Source: Octopus vulgaris
Lineage: Eukaryota
Length of the DNA: 64,000 bases
Direction of reading: 5' to 3'
NCBI GenBank assembly: GCA_951406725.2
Contig: OX597821.1
Location: forward strand, 97,092,001 to 97,156,000
Shown: positions 1-13,808 of the stretch, piece by piece
Layout: each line of letters begins with the position of its first letter
How positions within the stretch are numbered: the stretch's first letter is position 1
Notes under the pieces: model-generated
Told to the model about the DNA's origin: nothing
Seen by the model: the letters and a program-made list of their open reading frames with translations, nothing else
The model's database searches: none
Made by a program: the position numbers and the translations under genes

Positions 1-639
1 GTATTTTACACATACACTGAAATAAAGATTCACACACACACACACACAGACACGCGCGCAATTCCCCTCAACCCCTCTCTCTCTCTCCACAAACTACCCC
101 TAACATAAAACTATGCGTATTTACTTTTTTCAGGGCACACGCGCGCACACAAAAACTATAATTCATAATAAATCTAAACGGTTTTGAGTACACCTCTCTC
201 TCTAACTGTAACCTCGCCATTACACGTTCTTTATATATCAACCTCTCACTTTCCCTCTCATCTATTCTCATAGTTTCTCTCTTTCTTATTCGCCTCTTTC
301 TTAATCGAACACACAAACACAAACGCAATACGTACGCATACACAACACCTCACTATCTCTTTGTCTCTCTCTGTCTCTTTCTTGGTCTCTCTCTCTCTCT
401 CTCTCTCGCTCTCTCACCCACACTCTTAGTCGCGCAGTGAATTTTCCCTCTTTCTCTCTTTCTCATTCTCTAACCGCCACTCTTACACACTCCACTATCT
501 CTTTCGCTCACACACACATACATCCATATACACATACACACATCCTCTGTCTTCCTGAAATACACACTTTACTTTCATTATCTCTCTTGATTTCTTTCTT
601 CCTCCTCCATACAGACACGCGACGCCCCTCCGTCTTTTT

Positions 640-1200
640 CTATCTCTCTTTCACACACGCGCAAGTGCAGTGTTTCTCCTCTCTTTCTTTCTCTCTCCCC
701 CACTTACTCTCTTTATCTCTTTCTTACTTTTACACACTCACTTCATATTCTCTCTCTCTCTCTCTCTTTTTACTCTCAGTATCTTCTTTACTTTTTCTAT
801 CTCTCTCACACACACACGCGCAAGTGCAGTGTTTCTCCTCTCTTTCTTTCTCTCTCCCCCACTTACTCTCTTTATCTTTCTTACTTTCACACACACTCAC
901 TTCATATTCTCTCTCTCTCTCTCTCTTTTTTTACTCTCAGTATCTTCTTTACTTTTTCTATCTCTCTCACACACACGCGCAAGTGCAGTGTTTCTCCTCT
1001 CTTTCTTTCTCTCTCCCCCACTTACTCTCAGTATCTTCTTTACTTTTTCTATCTCTCTCACACACACGCGCAAGTGCAGCGTTTCTCCTCTCTTTCTTTC
1101 TCTCCCTCCCCTCACTTACTCTCTTCATCTCTTTCTTACTTTCACACACACTCACTCACTTCATATTCTCTCTCTCTCTCTCTTTTTACTCTCAGTATCT
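640..1200. repeat. CT-rich tandem repeat, about 90-160 bp units, 4 copies, inside a polypyrimidine region (about 1-1630)
   Basis: Marker cacacgcgcaagtgcag(t/c)gtttctcctctctttc recurs at about 654, 813, 972 and 1063. Confidence 0.85.
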
Positions 1201-1332
1201 TCTGTCGTCTGTCCATCCATCATACACTTTTCTTTACTTACTCCATCTTAATCTTACGACTACTCGCTTTCTCCATTTTAATCTTACCACCCTCTCCATA
1301 GACGCCAGCGCGCATATTCGTATCTACCTCTT

Positions 1333-1376
<44 letters not shown>

Positions 1377-2057
1377 TCTTACTCTCCCTCTCTCCTGTTT
1401 GTTCTTCAACTATCTCTCTCCATTTCACAAAAACACGCGCGCTCACACACACACACACACGCTTACATGCACATGGTTACACGCACACACACGCGCTATA
1501 ACACTCACATTCTCACACCGCTACCCACTCCTCGCTATACGCACGCGCACACTCACTCATTCACTCGTTCACTTCCTCCCCCCTCTCTCTCTCCCCTATT
1601 CCCTCCCCCTCTCTCTCACTCACTTGTTCACTCACTCAACGTCTAACAACACCACTGGAACAAGCTATGAGTCGCTCTTAAGTGAAGGCACTGACTCTAC
1701 AGGCACTCGAGTTGGAAGTCTTTTAACAGGAGACACACGAGTTTCGTGTGCGGAGAGCGCGCGCGCGCGTCTGTGAGTGTTTTGTGTGTATATATATATG
1801 TATGTACAAAGATATGTATATATACACTCATATTGATATATATGTATATATATAGTTACCTGTCTATTTATTATGCGTGCGGACAGAAGTATTGCGGTCA
1901 TCCAAACTACACACGGTAGTCAAATATATAAATATACTCTGTGAATCTTATGTGAACCACAAACAATAACTAAACAAAGAAAAAAAAAGAAAAAAAAAAA
2001 CAGACATATACATATACACACACACGCAAACACACATACAGTCACACACACACACAC

Positions 2058-2106
<49 letters not shown>

Positions 2107-2778
2107 CATACGAAAACCGCATACACAATCAATAAATTTACAGTCAAGTGCTTACATATACATACATACGTGTACGTAATTATACACTTATACATGCATA
2201 CAGACGCACATATATACCCACACATATAAACAAGCACATGCTTACATCAATGCTAATATAGATACATATACACAAACATATACATATAAATGTATATATT
2301 TATATATATAAATATATAAATATATATATATATTTGAAATTCACCACACTGTTGACATGTACAAAAACATACAAAAATATACAATTGTACATTAATATGA
2401 ATACAAATATAAGAGAACACGAAAAAACATACATATAAGCTCATACACAGACTCACACACATACCCATGCATACTGGCACATGAACACAAACAAACGATT
2501 ACACACATAAACGCATACTAATCATTCACACACTATCACACACACACACACACATACACACTCAGGCACATACACACACACACTCACACATACACATACA
2601 CACACATACATTACATTTATTCAAAGTGAAATAACAAACATAACAATAATTAAACAACAGCAACCACCACAACAATAATAATCTTCAGCAATTGTTTATT
2701 ATTATTATTATTATTATTATTGGAGGCATCATCATCGCCACTGTTATCAACAACAGCAAAAGCATCAACACCATCACT

Positions 2779-2809
<31 letters not shown>

Positions 2810-2865
2810 TCATTATCATCATTATTATCGTCGTGGTCAACTTTATCGTCATTACCATCGGTTCT

Positions 2866-2931
2866 ATGAGAGAGGACGACCGGAGTGTAAATGACAACAG
2901 AGAACCTATAGCGCTGTATGCCGGAAATGAG
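2866..2931 (+). CDS. Candidate first coding exon (MREDDRSVNDNREPIALYAGNE) of an unidentified gene
   Basis: Non-repetitive island between microsatellites. ATG at 2866, 22 open codons, then GAG|gtaggc, a phase-0 donor-like site. No homology recognised and no downstream exon found. Confidence 0.35.
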
Positions 2932-3049
2932 GTAGGCAAAACTTTTATATGCACACACATGCACGCGCGTACACACACACACACGCACGCGCACGCACAC
3001 GCACAAACACAAACACACACACACACACACACACAAACACAAACACACG

Positions 3050-3406
3050 CGCGAGCGCACACACAGACATACCACACACGCGCGCACACACAGACATACC
3101 ACACGCGCACACACACAGACATACCACACACTAACGTGCAAACATACATATGTACGTTCATGTATATATATAGATACATTCATACATTCACACACACACA
3201 CACACAAACACACGCACACGCACACAGACATACCACACACTAACGTGCAAACATACATATATACATTCATGTATATATATAGATACATTCATACATTCAC
3301 ACACACACACACACACACGCACGCACATACACACAGACATACCACACACTAACGTGCAAACATACATATTTACATTCATGTATATATATAGATACATTCA
3401 TACATT

Positions 3407-3446
<40 letters not shown>

Positions 3447-3530
3447 TACCTCACACTAACGTGCAAACCATACATATGTACATTCATGTTTATATATATA
3501 TACATTCATACATTCACACACACACACACA
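3050..3530. repeat. CA-rich minisatellite, about 110 bp unit, about 4 copies
   Basis: cagacataccacacactaacgtgcaaacatacatat recurs at about 3116, 3226, 3334 and 3441. Confidence 0.85.
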
Positions 3531-4469
3531 CGCATAAAAACGCACTAACACATACATTGCCAACGTACATATATGTACATGCATGCATAAATACATACAA
3601 TCATAATTACTATTATTATTTTATATATATATTTATATACAGGCATTCATGCGCGCGCGCAGACACATACACAGATATAAATTATATTTTCGAATTTCTT
3701 CTGCAGCAATGCAGTATGATTGCACCCCACCATCTATTTTTTCTTTTTTTTTTTTTTTACTTTTTCTTGTTCTTCTTTGCTCCTAGCAAAATATTTCTAC
3801 AATTTCTTTGTAAAAACTCTTTCTTGTAACATAATGCAGAAAAATCATTTTTGTTTTCATTGAAAATTGTTCAATCTATTCAGTCAATCATTTTTCAGAG
3901 AAAATGTTTTATTGCTATTCCACACCTGAAGAATTATTTAAAGCGAAATGTTGAAACTGCAAAAAAAAAAAAAAAAAACCAAAAGAAAAACCTGCTGTTT
4001 TCTTTACTCTTTCTTCCTTAAGCACTAACGCACGTTTTAATACAATCAAAGAAGCGAAAACTATATATATACCTCGCAACTTCACTTAAGCACACATTCA
4101 CTCAACTTTCAGCAACACCTCTCTACCTTGCTCCGTTCTACACTTTGGTTTTTACCTACTTTATTCTCTTACACAGCACTACACTATTTCACTCATCTCT
4201 GCAATACACTCAAATCTGATCTGCACTATTTCACTCAACTTTAATGCTACACTCTCCACTTTGATCTACTCTACTCCACTCCACTCCACTCCGTTTTATT
4301 CTACTCAACCTCATTTCTTCAATAATATCTACATCACTCAACGCTACATATCTCTTTCATTCAGCACATGCGTGTGTGTGTGAAAACATATATACAATAT
4401 GTGTGTGTATGTGTGCGTGTGCGTGCGTGTGTGTGTGTGTATTCACACACATGTATGTGTTGAATGAAG

Positions 4470-4508
<39 letters not shown>

Positions 4509-4688
4509 ATACATTCACACAGATCTGTATATACATGCATGTTTATGTATGTTCATATATATATATTCATATATATGTGTGTCTGTGTGTGTGTATGTAT
4601 ATATGTATATATAAATGTACATATATATATATATATATGTACACACACACACACACGCTCACGCGCACATACACACATACAACATACA

Positions 4689-4721
<33 letters not shown>

Positions 4722-5023
4722 GATTATGTGTGTACGCGAGAGTGCGAATATATATATATGAATAAGTATGTGCTTGAAGTGAACTGGATAAATCTGCATA
4801 TGTGCATAAATAATATATTCATAAATACTTCAACACACATAAATATATATTGATTTTTGTTTGTTCGTTTTATACATCACATAAGGCTCCTTTGTGTATC
4901 TACAATTCATAGCAGATTTTCCACATTTCCAGTTATTCCGTGATTGTATTCTTCTCTGGGCTAGGTCGCTAGTCTACCAGAAACAGTGTCCACCACCTGT
5001 ACATGCCATGTTTTTAAAGATAC

Positions 5024-5545
5024 AATTCCGCCGAGGTCGACTTTGCCTTTCATCCTTTCGGGGGGTCGATAAATTAAGTACCAGTTACGCACTGGGGTCG
5101 ATGTAATCGACTTAATCCGTTTGTCTGTCCTTGTTTGTCCCCTCTGTGTTTAGCCCCTTGTGGGTAATAAAGAAATAGGTATTTCGTCTGTCGTTACGTT
5201 CTGTGTTCAAATTCCGCCGAGGTCGACTTTGCCTTTCATCCTTTCGAGGTCGATAAATTAAGTACCAGTTACGCACTGGGGTCGATGTAATCGACTTAAT
5301 CCGTTTGTCTGTCCTTGTTTGTCCCCTCTGTGTTTAGCCCCTTGTGGGTAATAAAGAAATAGGTATTTCGTCTGTCGTTACGTTCTGTGTTCAAATTCCG
5401 CCGAGGTCGACTTTGCCTTTCATCCTTTCGAGGTCGATAAATTAAGTACCAGTTACGCACTGGGGTCGATGTAATCGACTTAATCCGTTTGTCTGTCCTT
5501 GTTTGTCCCCTCTGTGTTTAGCCCCTTGTGGCTAGTAAAGAAATA
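5024..5545 (+). mobile_element. Head-to-tail array of three Deu/Nin-domain SINE units, 184 bp period
   Basis: Near-identical units containing gcctttcatcctttcg(g/a)ggtcgataaattaagtaccag. Junctions aaagaaata|ggtatttcgtctg at 5177/5178 and 5361/5362. Confidence 0.9.
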
Positions 5546-5774
5546 TATATGTGTGTATGTAGCAATAATCCGAAATGAGTGAGTATTCTTTTTTGTGTGT
5601 AAGTATTGATATATACAGATCAATTAGCTATAAAGTATATAGCAGTGACGTATATTTGCTATATAAATATGGCTAACCCCTAAGGGTGGATGCTACTGTA
5701 GTTTGTAGCCCCAGGAGGACACCTCCTCCAGCTGGCTTTAGACACACTTTAGCAGTATTATATTGAAGGATAGA

Positions 5775-6325
5775 GAACTCAACTATAAATGCGTACCTTG
5801 TGGCGGTACTGATTACTTACCATATAAATAGGTAAATTAGTGAAGTACAGTTCACCTTGCTGTAAATAGTTATCCTGTTAAGGCACAGTCCACCTGGCTG
5901 TATATACGCACCACCTCGCTTTAAATGGGTACAACACTGAGGTGTTGTCCATCTAATTGCAAAGGAGTACCCACGTGAAAGTACAGTCCCCCTAAATGCA
6001 AATTAGGTACCTCGTTGAAATACAGTTCACCTTGCTGTAAATAAATCAAGTTTGAGCTGTATATAGGTACCACAGTCCACCTAACTGTAAAAGGTACCAT
6101 GTTAAGAAAGAGTCTACCGGACTATATTTAACTATAGAGCGGCAAATTCCATCCATCTTTTACTAAGCCAACCTAATACTATTGGTTTATAGGTAACATG
6201 TGAAGTTACACAGTCACAGGTGGCTATACGAAAGTACTATAGTCTATCTAGCTGTAATCAGGTACCATGTGAGACACAGTCTACCTAGATGTAAATAGGT
6301 ACCATGTAGAAGTACATTCTATCTT
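5775..6325. repeat. Degenerate minisatellite, about 35-40 bp unit, about 13 copies
   Basis: Recurring acagtccacctagctgtaaataggtacc-like motif, e.g. near 5845, 5883, 6020, 6072, 6240 and 6276. Confidence 0.75.
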
Positions 6326-6497
6326 AAAGAAACATTAGAGTATTTAGTAGGTATTTAGTAGTGATCATTAACATCCCAGTTCAAACCCTTGCTGCTGTGT
6401 GTCTATCTTTCACTGAAGGTTTATTAAAAAAGCGCCAATCAGCTAATTGGGTCGACTGAAAAAAAAATAATAAATATACTACTCTACATTATTCTAT

Positions 6498-6934
6498 GGG
6501 CGCAGGAATGATGGTGTAGTAAACATATTCGCTTTGCAAGCATATGATTTCGAGTTCATTCCTACTGCGAAGTAAGAGTCTTTTACTAGTCTTTGGCCGA
6601 CCAATGAACTGTGAGTGAAATTAGAATACAGAAACTGTATGGAAGCCTACCGCGCGCGCGCGTGTGTGTGTGTATGTGTGTATGTGTGTGTGTGTGTGTG
6701 TGTATGCGTGTGTGTATCGTGTGTGATATTTGTGTTTGACTCTCGCCTTTCGACAACCGGTGCTAATTCGTTTACGCCCCCATAATCTTGCGGTTCGACA
6801 AAAAGGAAGCAATAGAATAAGTACCAGACTCATAATAATAACCCAGGTCGATTTAATCGACTAAACCTTTCAGGGTGGTGCTCCGAGATGGCCGCACTCC
6901 AATCATTGACAATACACTCAAAGACTAAAAGAAT
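6498..6934 (+). mobile_element. CORE-type tRNA SINE, diverged copy with internal (TG)n
   Basis: Colinear with the 16808-17218 copy through head, internal microsatellite and gacaaccggtg...ggtggtgctcc tail. Confidence 0.8.
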
Positions 6935-7321
6935 ACTGAATTTTGGACGTGGTAGTGGTAGGGGGAGTGTTTTGTTTCTTTTTCCCTTTACAAACGTGTG
7001 ACCTTGTTCTTACAAGAGAAACCATTGTTATTACGAATACTACCGCATCGCAAAAGACGAGATTTTGGGGTTAACACACGCAAATTCTTTAACCAAAGAA
7101 TCTGTATATTACCTTTTAAAGTTCATTGGGTAGAAACACAATTCTTGTTTGTGGTTTTTTCTGAAATCTTCAATAGAATATAGTAGAAAACATTGCAAGT
7201 GAGAGATTTCAGTCGAGAATGAAAACGGCATTGCTATCACAGCGAACTAATCTTATCACAGCTCATAGACAACTTAAGTGTGCTTGGCATGTGTATTTCA
7301 CATTTGAAGCAAAACACGCTT

Positions 7322-7393
<72 letters not shown>

Positions 7394-7634
7394 ATGTTGT
7401 TGTTTAGCTACAGACCATCTCAGCTCGAGGCAGATACATGATAAAATATATTCCAGCCGTGACCATCTCGCCATTTAAGAGTTTACCTTAGACGACGTTA
7501 TCCAGTGTTCTTTCCATATTTAAGACAATAGGATATCACTTGAGGGAGGTTTGACTGCTATTTCTCTCACATCGAATAACATAAAGAAGCTCTCTCATAG
7601 GCATTTTCTCTGTTTGTGTGCGTGTGTGTATGTA

Positions 7635-7674
<40 letters not shown>

Positions 7675-7675
<1 letters not shown>

Positions 7676-7815
7676 GAAGTTTATAGGAAAACAAAAGACG
7701 AAGACAGGTATACGAACAACAAGCAAGTATATTAGTTTAACGCTCGGAAAAATGAAAAAGCCCTTTACGTTTCGAGCCTACGCTCTTCAACAGAAAGGAG
7801 TAAGATAGAATAAAC

Positions 7816-7818
<3 letters not shown>
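7675..7818 (-). mobile_element. Penelope-like terminal fragment with hammerhead-like motif
   Basis: Reverse complement matches 16595-16790. Contains ctgttgaagagcgtaggctcgaaacgta. Confidence 0.65.
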
Positions 7819-7854
<36 letters not shown>

Positions 7855-7860
7855 ACAACT

Positions 7861-7908
<48 letters not shown>

Positions 7909-8390
7909 AACACACACACATATATATATATATATTTATATATATATATATATATATATATAGGTAGATAGATAGATAGATATACATATATATTTAAATA
8001 TATATATTTGTGTATATATATACTCACACACATATTTGTAAATACATTCATAAATACATACATATATACATACGTACGTGTGTGTGTGTGTGTGTGTATG
8101 TACCCACATATAGAAATGGTGACAATAAGTTAGGCGAATGCATGCACTGTTGCGATGCTCACACTCCACTCAAAGGTAGTGCCTGCGTAAACGAACGACA
8201 GTACGAGTGTACAACGCAGCGCAGTATTGAAACGGCGATGCTTTATTTCAGAGTATTTGACAAGGTACCTACCACTTGTTCAACAAATTCTTGCCGCGAA
8301 ACTTGACACAGATATTGTTCTTGTTTATTGACAGTTATTGAGAAAACAGAAATGTGATCGTGAAATGTGTCTGTGTGCTAGTTAGTTAGT

Positions 8391-8444
<54 letters not shown>

Positions 8445-8588
8445 CAGCAGCAGCAGCAGCTGTTCTTGTGTTTGCTGCTGCGTGTGTGTACGTGTGTGTG
8501 TTTGCAGCAGCACTTCATTGCATTTATTTCTGCACCTTCAATGCCAAGTAGCTTCTTATTCTTTCAAATCTTCGAATTTATCAATATA

Positions 8589-8986
8589 CTAGCAGTATAA
8601 CTCAGCGTTGCTCGGGTTTGTTTCGACCCTTTAGAATTGGAATTTTTGAAAAGTAAAAATTTTGTATTGTGTGTAGCTTGTTATTCTCTTTAAGTGAACA
8701 TTTTTTCTGGTGGAAATACACCGAAAAATGGCGACACAGCAGTAAAAAAAATCGTAAAAAATAGGGATTTTCATAGAAAAAAAAAATGCACCTTTTTGAT
8801 GTAAATAATTTTTCGTGTTAACAAGGTCCGATTTAAATATTTTCTTCTACGGAATGAAGAGCAAGCCTTCTTGTATCATACTCTCAATTTTGGTCAACTT
8901 GCGCCGCAGGGTCTCGGAGGAGATAGTGTTAGTTGAAGGCTACCAAACCTGCTACACACAGACAACTTCAGCTTTATATATATAGA
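8589..8986 (-). mobile_element. Non-autonomous Helitron
   Basis: Minus strand begins tctatatatataaagc and ends cccgagcaacgctgagttatactgCTAG|t. No TSD. 3' end shared with 29884-30266. Confidence 0.75.
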
Positions 8987-9411
8987 GTTTTCTATTTATT
9001 TATTTAATTATTTATTTATTTCAGTTTATTTTTGTAACTCTCCTGGCTAAGGCCATATTGGAGCATCGCTTTTTGTGAATGCGTGTCTGCGTCTGTCTTT
9101 GAGCGCGTGCGTGTGTGCGCGTGTGCGCGCGTGTTTGCATGCTTGGTTCTCAACTAGAAAGTGAACACAAAAGCTGAAGTAGAACACGTTTTACCTGAGA
9201 ATATACAACTGGCGATTCTTAGAGAGTTAGGGCATGAAATTACTATAGTATTCTCAGATAATAAACTACTACTACCACCACCACCACCACCACCACCACT
9301 ACTACTGCTGCTGCTACTACTACTACTACTAATAATAATAATAATCCTTTCTAATTTCTTTATTGCCCACAAGAGGCTAAACATAGAGGAGACAAACAAG
9401 GACAGACAAGG

Positions 9412-9449
<38 letters not shown>

Positions 9450-9450
<1 letters not shown>

Positions 9451-9654
9451 CCTTTCTACTTTGGGTACAAAGCCTGAAATTTGGTGGGAGGGTTTAAATC
9501 GATTACATCGATCTCAGTACTCAAATGGTACTTAATCTATCAACTCCGAAAGGATGAAAAGCAAAGACCACCTCGTTGGAATTTGAATTCAGAAAGTAAA
9601 AACGGACAAAAAGTATTTTGCCCAGCGTGCTAACGACTCTGCCAGCTCGCAGCT
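9450..9654 (-). mobile_element. Deu/Nin-domain SINE, older subfamily with agaaaggattatt tail. A tail-only piece of the young subfamily lies at 9354-9412
   Basis: Reverse complement of the gagctggcaga...gataaa...gtacca body. Confidence 0.8.
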
Positions 9655-9687
9655 TTAATAATAATAATAATAATGATAATAATAATG

Positions 9688-9761
<74 letters not shown>

Positions 9762-10176
9762 TTAGATCCTGTCAGTGATGGTGTCACGGGAAAAAATAAC
9801 TGGTGGTTGTGCAACTAAAAGTTCACTAACCCTGCTGAAATGTCAAATAAAAATAGAAATGAGAACGGTGTGAATGAGGCTGGAACACCTTGTGAAGGTC
9901 TCTCGCCCGGCGGGTGCTCCACGGGTGAGCAGCGTGGGCCCAGTCGTCATCAAGCAACTGCTAAAAGAAGGTGGACGAAAGAAATTAATGTCTAGCTCGA
10001 GGTGATCCAGAAGACAACATTGTTTGTGTACAGCTCGCACTTCTGAGGAGAGAGTATTGTCTCTTTGGGTCACAGGAGAAGGCATTACTTGAAATTTTTG
10101 TTGATTTGTTGTTGTTTGCTTTCAAGTAAAGAACAACCAGTAATTAAGAACTATCCGAGAGCCTTTCATACTTATC

Positions 10177-10177
<1 letters not shown>
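9762..10177 (+). mobile_element. Internally deleted R4/Dong-type non-LTR element in (TAA)n
   Basis: ATG at 9840 reads MSNKNRNE...HQATAKRRWTKEINV*, then immediately LEVIQKTTLF and, across frameshifts, TAR.LRRVLSL. Flanked by TAA tracts. Confidence 0.7.
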
Positions 10178-10233
<56 letters not shown>

Positions 10234-10277
10234 GTAATAACAACAACAATAATAATGATGATGATAATAATAATGAT

Positions 10278-10318
<41 letters not shown>

Positions 10319-10320
10319 TG

Positions 10321-10407
<87 letters not shown>

Positions 10408-10463
10408 GTAATAATAATAGTAATAACAACAACAATAATAATAATGATGATAATAATGATATT

Positions 10464-10532
<69 letters not shown>

Positions 10533-10533
10533 T

Positions 10534-11008
10534 ACTTGGTATAAAAGATGGGCTACAGCAAATATTCTGCTCAATACCACAGATTTGCTTGTCAGTTGTT
10601 TGACCTTAACCAGTTGAGCATGTCCCTTAGTGGCTGACGATATGTGCATCTCTGATCACGAGCAGAAGTAGTGGGGGAGCATCATAGCCATGTGTTGAGA
10701 GGGATTCTTTGGGGTTTGAATAGTTCACCTCTGGAAACATGGGTGGTTCTTTCAACATCCTTAAACAACCCTTATTCAGGGACCGTTTGAGCGGGATGGG
10801 CTACTCAACCTGAAGAAAATTCTAACTGGGCCCCACCTGCAAGGTCATGTGCTGTTTATCTTGATATGAGATCACCATGTCGCGCACATATGGTTGTGAT
10901 GCATGTGCCTGGTGTACCTTTATCAGACGGGTAGTCATGATGGGTATATTGGGCTTCGTATATTTTACCCCAGTGTCACTTTGATGGCATGAACTGCTCT
11001 CTCACTCA
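10534..11008 (+). mobile_element. About 470 bp retroposon embedded in (AAT)n, probably the 3' region of an REL-type non-LTR element
   Basis: Reverse complement of 35713-36160. Ends ctgctctctcactca followed by (AAT)n. Confidence 0.75.
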
Positions 11009-11704
11009 ATAATAATAATAATAAAAATGATAATAATAATAAAAATAATAATAATAATAGTAATAATAATAATAGTAATGAAGATATCCTCTTAAAACAC
11101 TTTCAAAACTGAAGCTTTTCAAATTTATCAGAATCTTGGTCCTCAGCTTTTGGTCTCTTCTCCTTACAGTATATCATTGCCTATCATAAATGACAGGAGT
11201 TACATAATCGCTTTCATCAGCTTACAGCTGTTTCTGCTGAAAGAAACATTGTGCTTAGAGTTGAGTGTTTGTGTGATACGATATGGGTTCCTCGGAGCCA
11301 TTTGAATAAAATGTGTGTTTATTGCAGAACATTTAAATGCATTAAGTTGGTTACATGCACAACAATGTATAATATAATACAGTTTGAGGGTGGAAAACAC
11401 TGACCAGAGAGACTTATATATTGTTTTAAACCAGAATAAACTTACAAGCCCGTATGTACACGTACAGAGAGATAAAACCTGACAACGGACATGTGTGTGT
11501 GTGTAAATACAAACCTACTTGTATTTGAATTCTCAGAGCAACAAAGAAAAAAGCCGACTTCAGTGAGATCAACCAAATTGTGCACTGTTTTCATCATCAG
11601 CCGCCTATCGACTTCGTCCGTGTTTTCCAGAAATCTCGATTGACTGATATTGCTCAGTGTTTTAAATTTTTTAGCAGTAGGAGTTTCTGACTACTAAATT
11701 AATG

Positions 11705-11743
<39 letters not shown>

Positions 11744-11746
<3 letters not shown>

Positions 11747-11960
11747 GGAACAAAAACGCAATAGAGGACATTAAAACGTTCGGACAGATAGACGATATAT
11801 AGGCGGACAAAAGAAACAACAATTAGAAGCACAGGCAAAAAAAGACGGGTCATTCTTGGCTTCCTTTCATCAGTCAAGTTCCAGAAGTCACGACCGTTTC
11901 GGGCAGTTACACTTGAGATGGTTCGTTCTGGTTGCCTCCCAAATCTAAGATATGAGCATT
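11744..11960 (-). mobile_element. Probable Penelope-like fragment
   Basis: Similar to 16024-16128 (gggaca/acaa..acgca...acgggtcattc...tcagtcaag). Both abut (TA)n. Family assignment is tentative. Confidence 0.45.
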
Positions 11961-12413
11961 AGAACCCTTTGTAAGAAAGCTAGTGAATGTGTACGGTAAC
12001 AAAAAGAAAAAACAAAAAACAAAAAACAAAACAAATAAACAAAAAGCGGAGAACATGGTACACAATTACGAATACAAACAAGAAATAACAACAGGCGTTT
12101 TTCGACTGAGAATGAATCAAATTGAGCTGGCGTGTATGAAGTGAAAGCCTAAAGGTAGGAATATGGGAGATGGACACAAAAAGTGTTGACGGTTGGTAGT
12201 CAGGCCAAGAAAGAAAGATCATGGCCGGACACCGGTCATGTAGAAGGAGGAGAGATGGGTAGGAGACAACGGGATTGAAGGATTAGAAAAAAAATCAGAG
12301 ACAAAGAGAAAGCTACAGGATAGAGATAGATAGACATACATATACATATATACATGTATGTATGTGTGTGTATGCATGTATATGTATATGTGTGTATACA
12401 TATATATATATAC

Positions 12414-12637
12414 AGGATCTTTACCTTTGTATTCACCTCAATAGACGTCATTGATTGGTTGAAATTACCGGAATACCACAATTTTAACACGAAATAACTT
12501 CGAAAATACAGAATTTTCTCAACGACGCCTACAGTAAAAGATGTTTTATGTGACACATTCTACCAGTATACGAAGTTTGAAAGTGTTTAGTTACAAAAAA
12601 TTAATTTTTCGATTGCCGGTCAAAAGGTAAAGATCCT
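12414..12637. mobile_element. MITE with about 17 bp terminal inverted repeats
   Basis: aggatcttttacctttg on the left and caaaaggtaaagatcct on the right, in a TA-rich site. Confidence 0.7.
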
Positions 12638-12647
12638 AGATACGTAA

Positions 12648-12679
<32 letters not shown>

Positions 12680-13387
12680 CATATACTCAGGTGATGTACA
12701 GCATCATAAAATATATTCACGATTTTAATAAGCTCAATTATTTACACATCGTTAAATGTCTATACAATATTCTTATGCCGAATAAACGTGCATGTATGCT
12801 AAAACATTTCTGTTTCTCGGGTTAGTTTTAAAATAAAATGATTTTTAAAAATGTTGCATTGTTTATGTTTTCGAAAAATTACCGCTGTTGCTTGGTTCTG
12901 GGTTTTAAACACGCAAGAAGGAGTTTTTGTCAACTAATTGTATTATAATTTCATTTGATCGAATTTTTTATGGGAATTTTACATGCAAAAATCTAACATA
13001 CATACACAAACGCGCATTCACTCACACATACACACAGACACACAGATATACATACACACAGATACGCACACACACACACACACACACACACTTCGATTAT
13101 CTTATGAACTTGATACCACTAGTTTCATATCTGCTATTTTATCAGAGATAATCTTCTGTCAGCATAAGATAACATGCGATGTTTTTGAGGATACAGCCAT
13201 AACTATCTCACATTATCTTACGACGAAAGAAAATAATCACTAATATGTAGTAATATATATCGGCGGCATAAAACCATTGACAGGTATTTCGTATGAGAAT
13301 TGAATAAATAATTCGCACTCTACTAACGCAGTATTAAATACACTTCCTTCAATTTGTCGTATCAGGAATATATATATATATATATAA

Positions 13388-13442
<55 letters not shown>

Positions 13443-13456
13443 ATATAATGAAGATA

Positions 13457-13522
<66 letters not shown>

Positions 13523-13623
13523 ATTTAGGAATGGTCATTTTGCCATTCCTAAATGCAACAATATCTGTTTCAACACACGATTTCACATAAAAAATCTTGC
13601 AAAACAAATATATAAACGTAATA

Positions 13624-13666
<43 letters not shown>

Positions 13667-13707
13667 TATATATATATACATACGTATGTACATACTTACA
13701 TCTATAC

Positions 13708-13808
<101 letters not shown>

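Noticed and set aside
437-1501. 354 aa ORF and overlapping ORFs
   Set aside because: Translation of a CT-rich tandem repeat that lacks stop codons by composition. No domain features.
5024-5545. CRISPR-like regular repeat
   Set aside because: Whole units are repeated with no unique spacers, the unit is a SINE, and there are no cas genes.
11845-11905. Possible hammerhead (CTGATGA on the minus strand; CTGAAGA at about 16095)
   Set aside because: Could not build stems I-III around the core.
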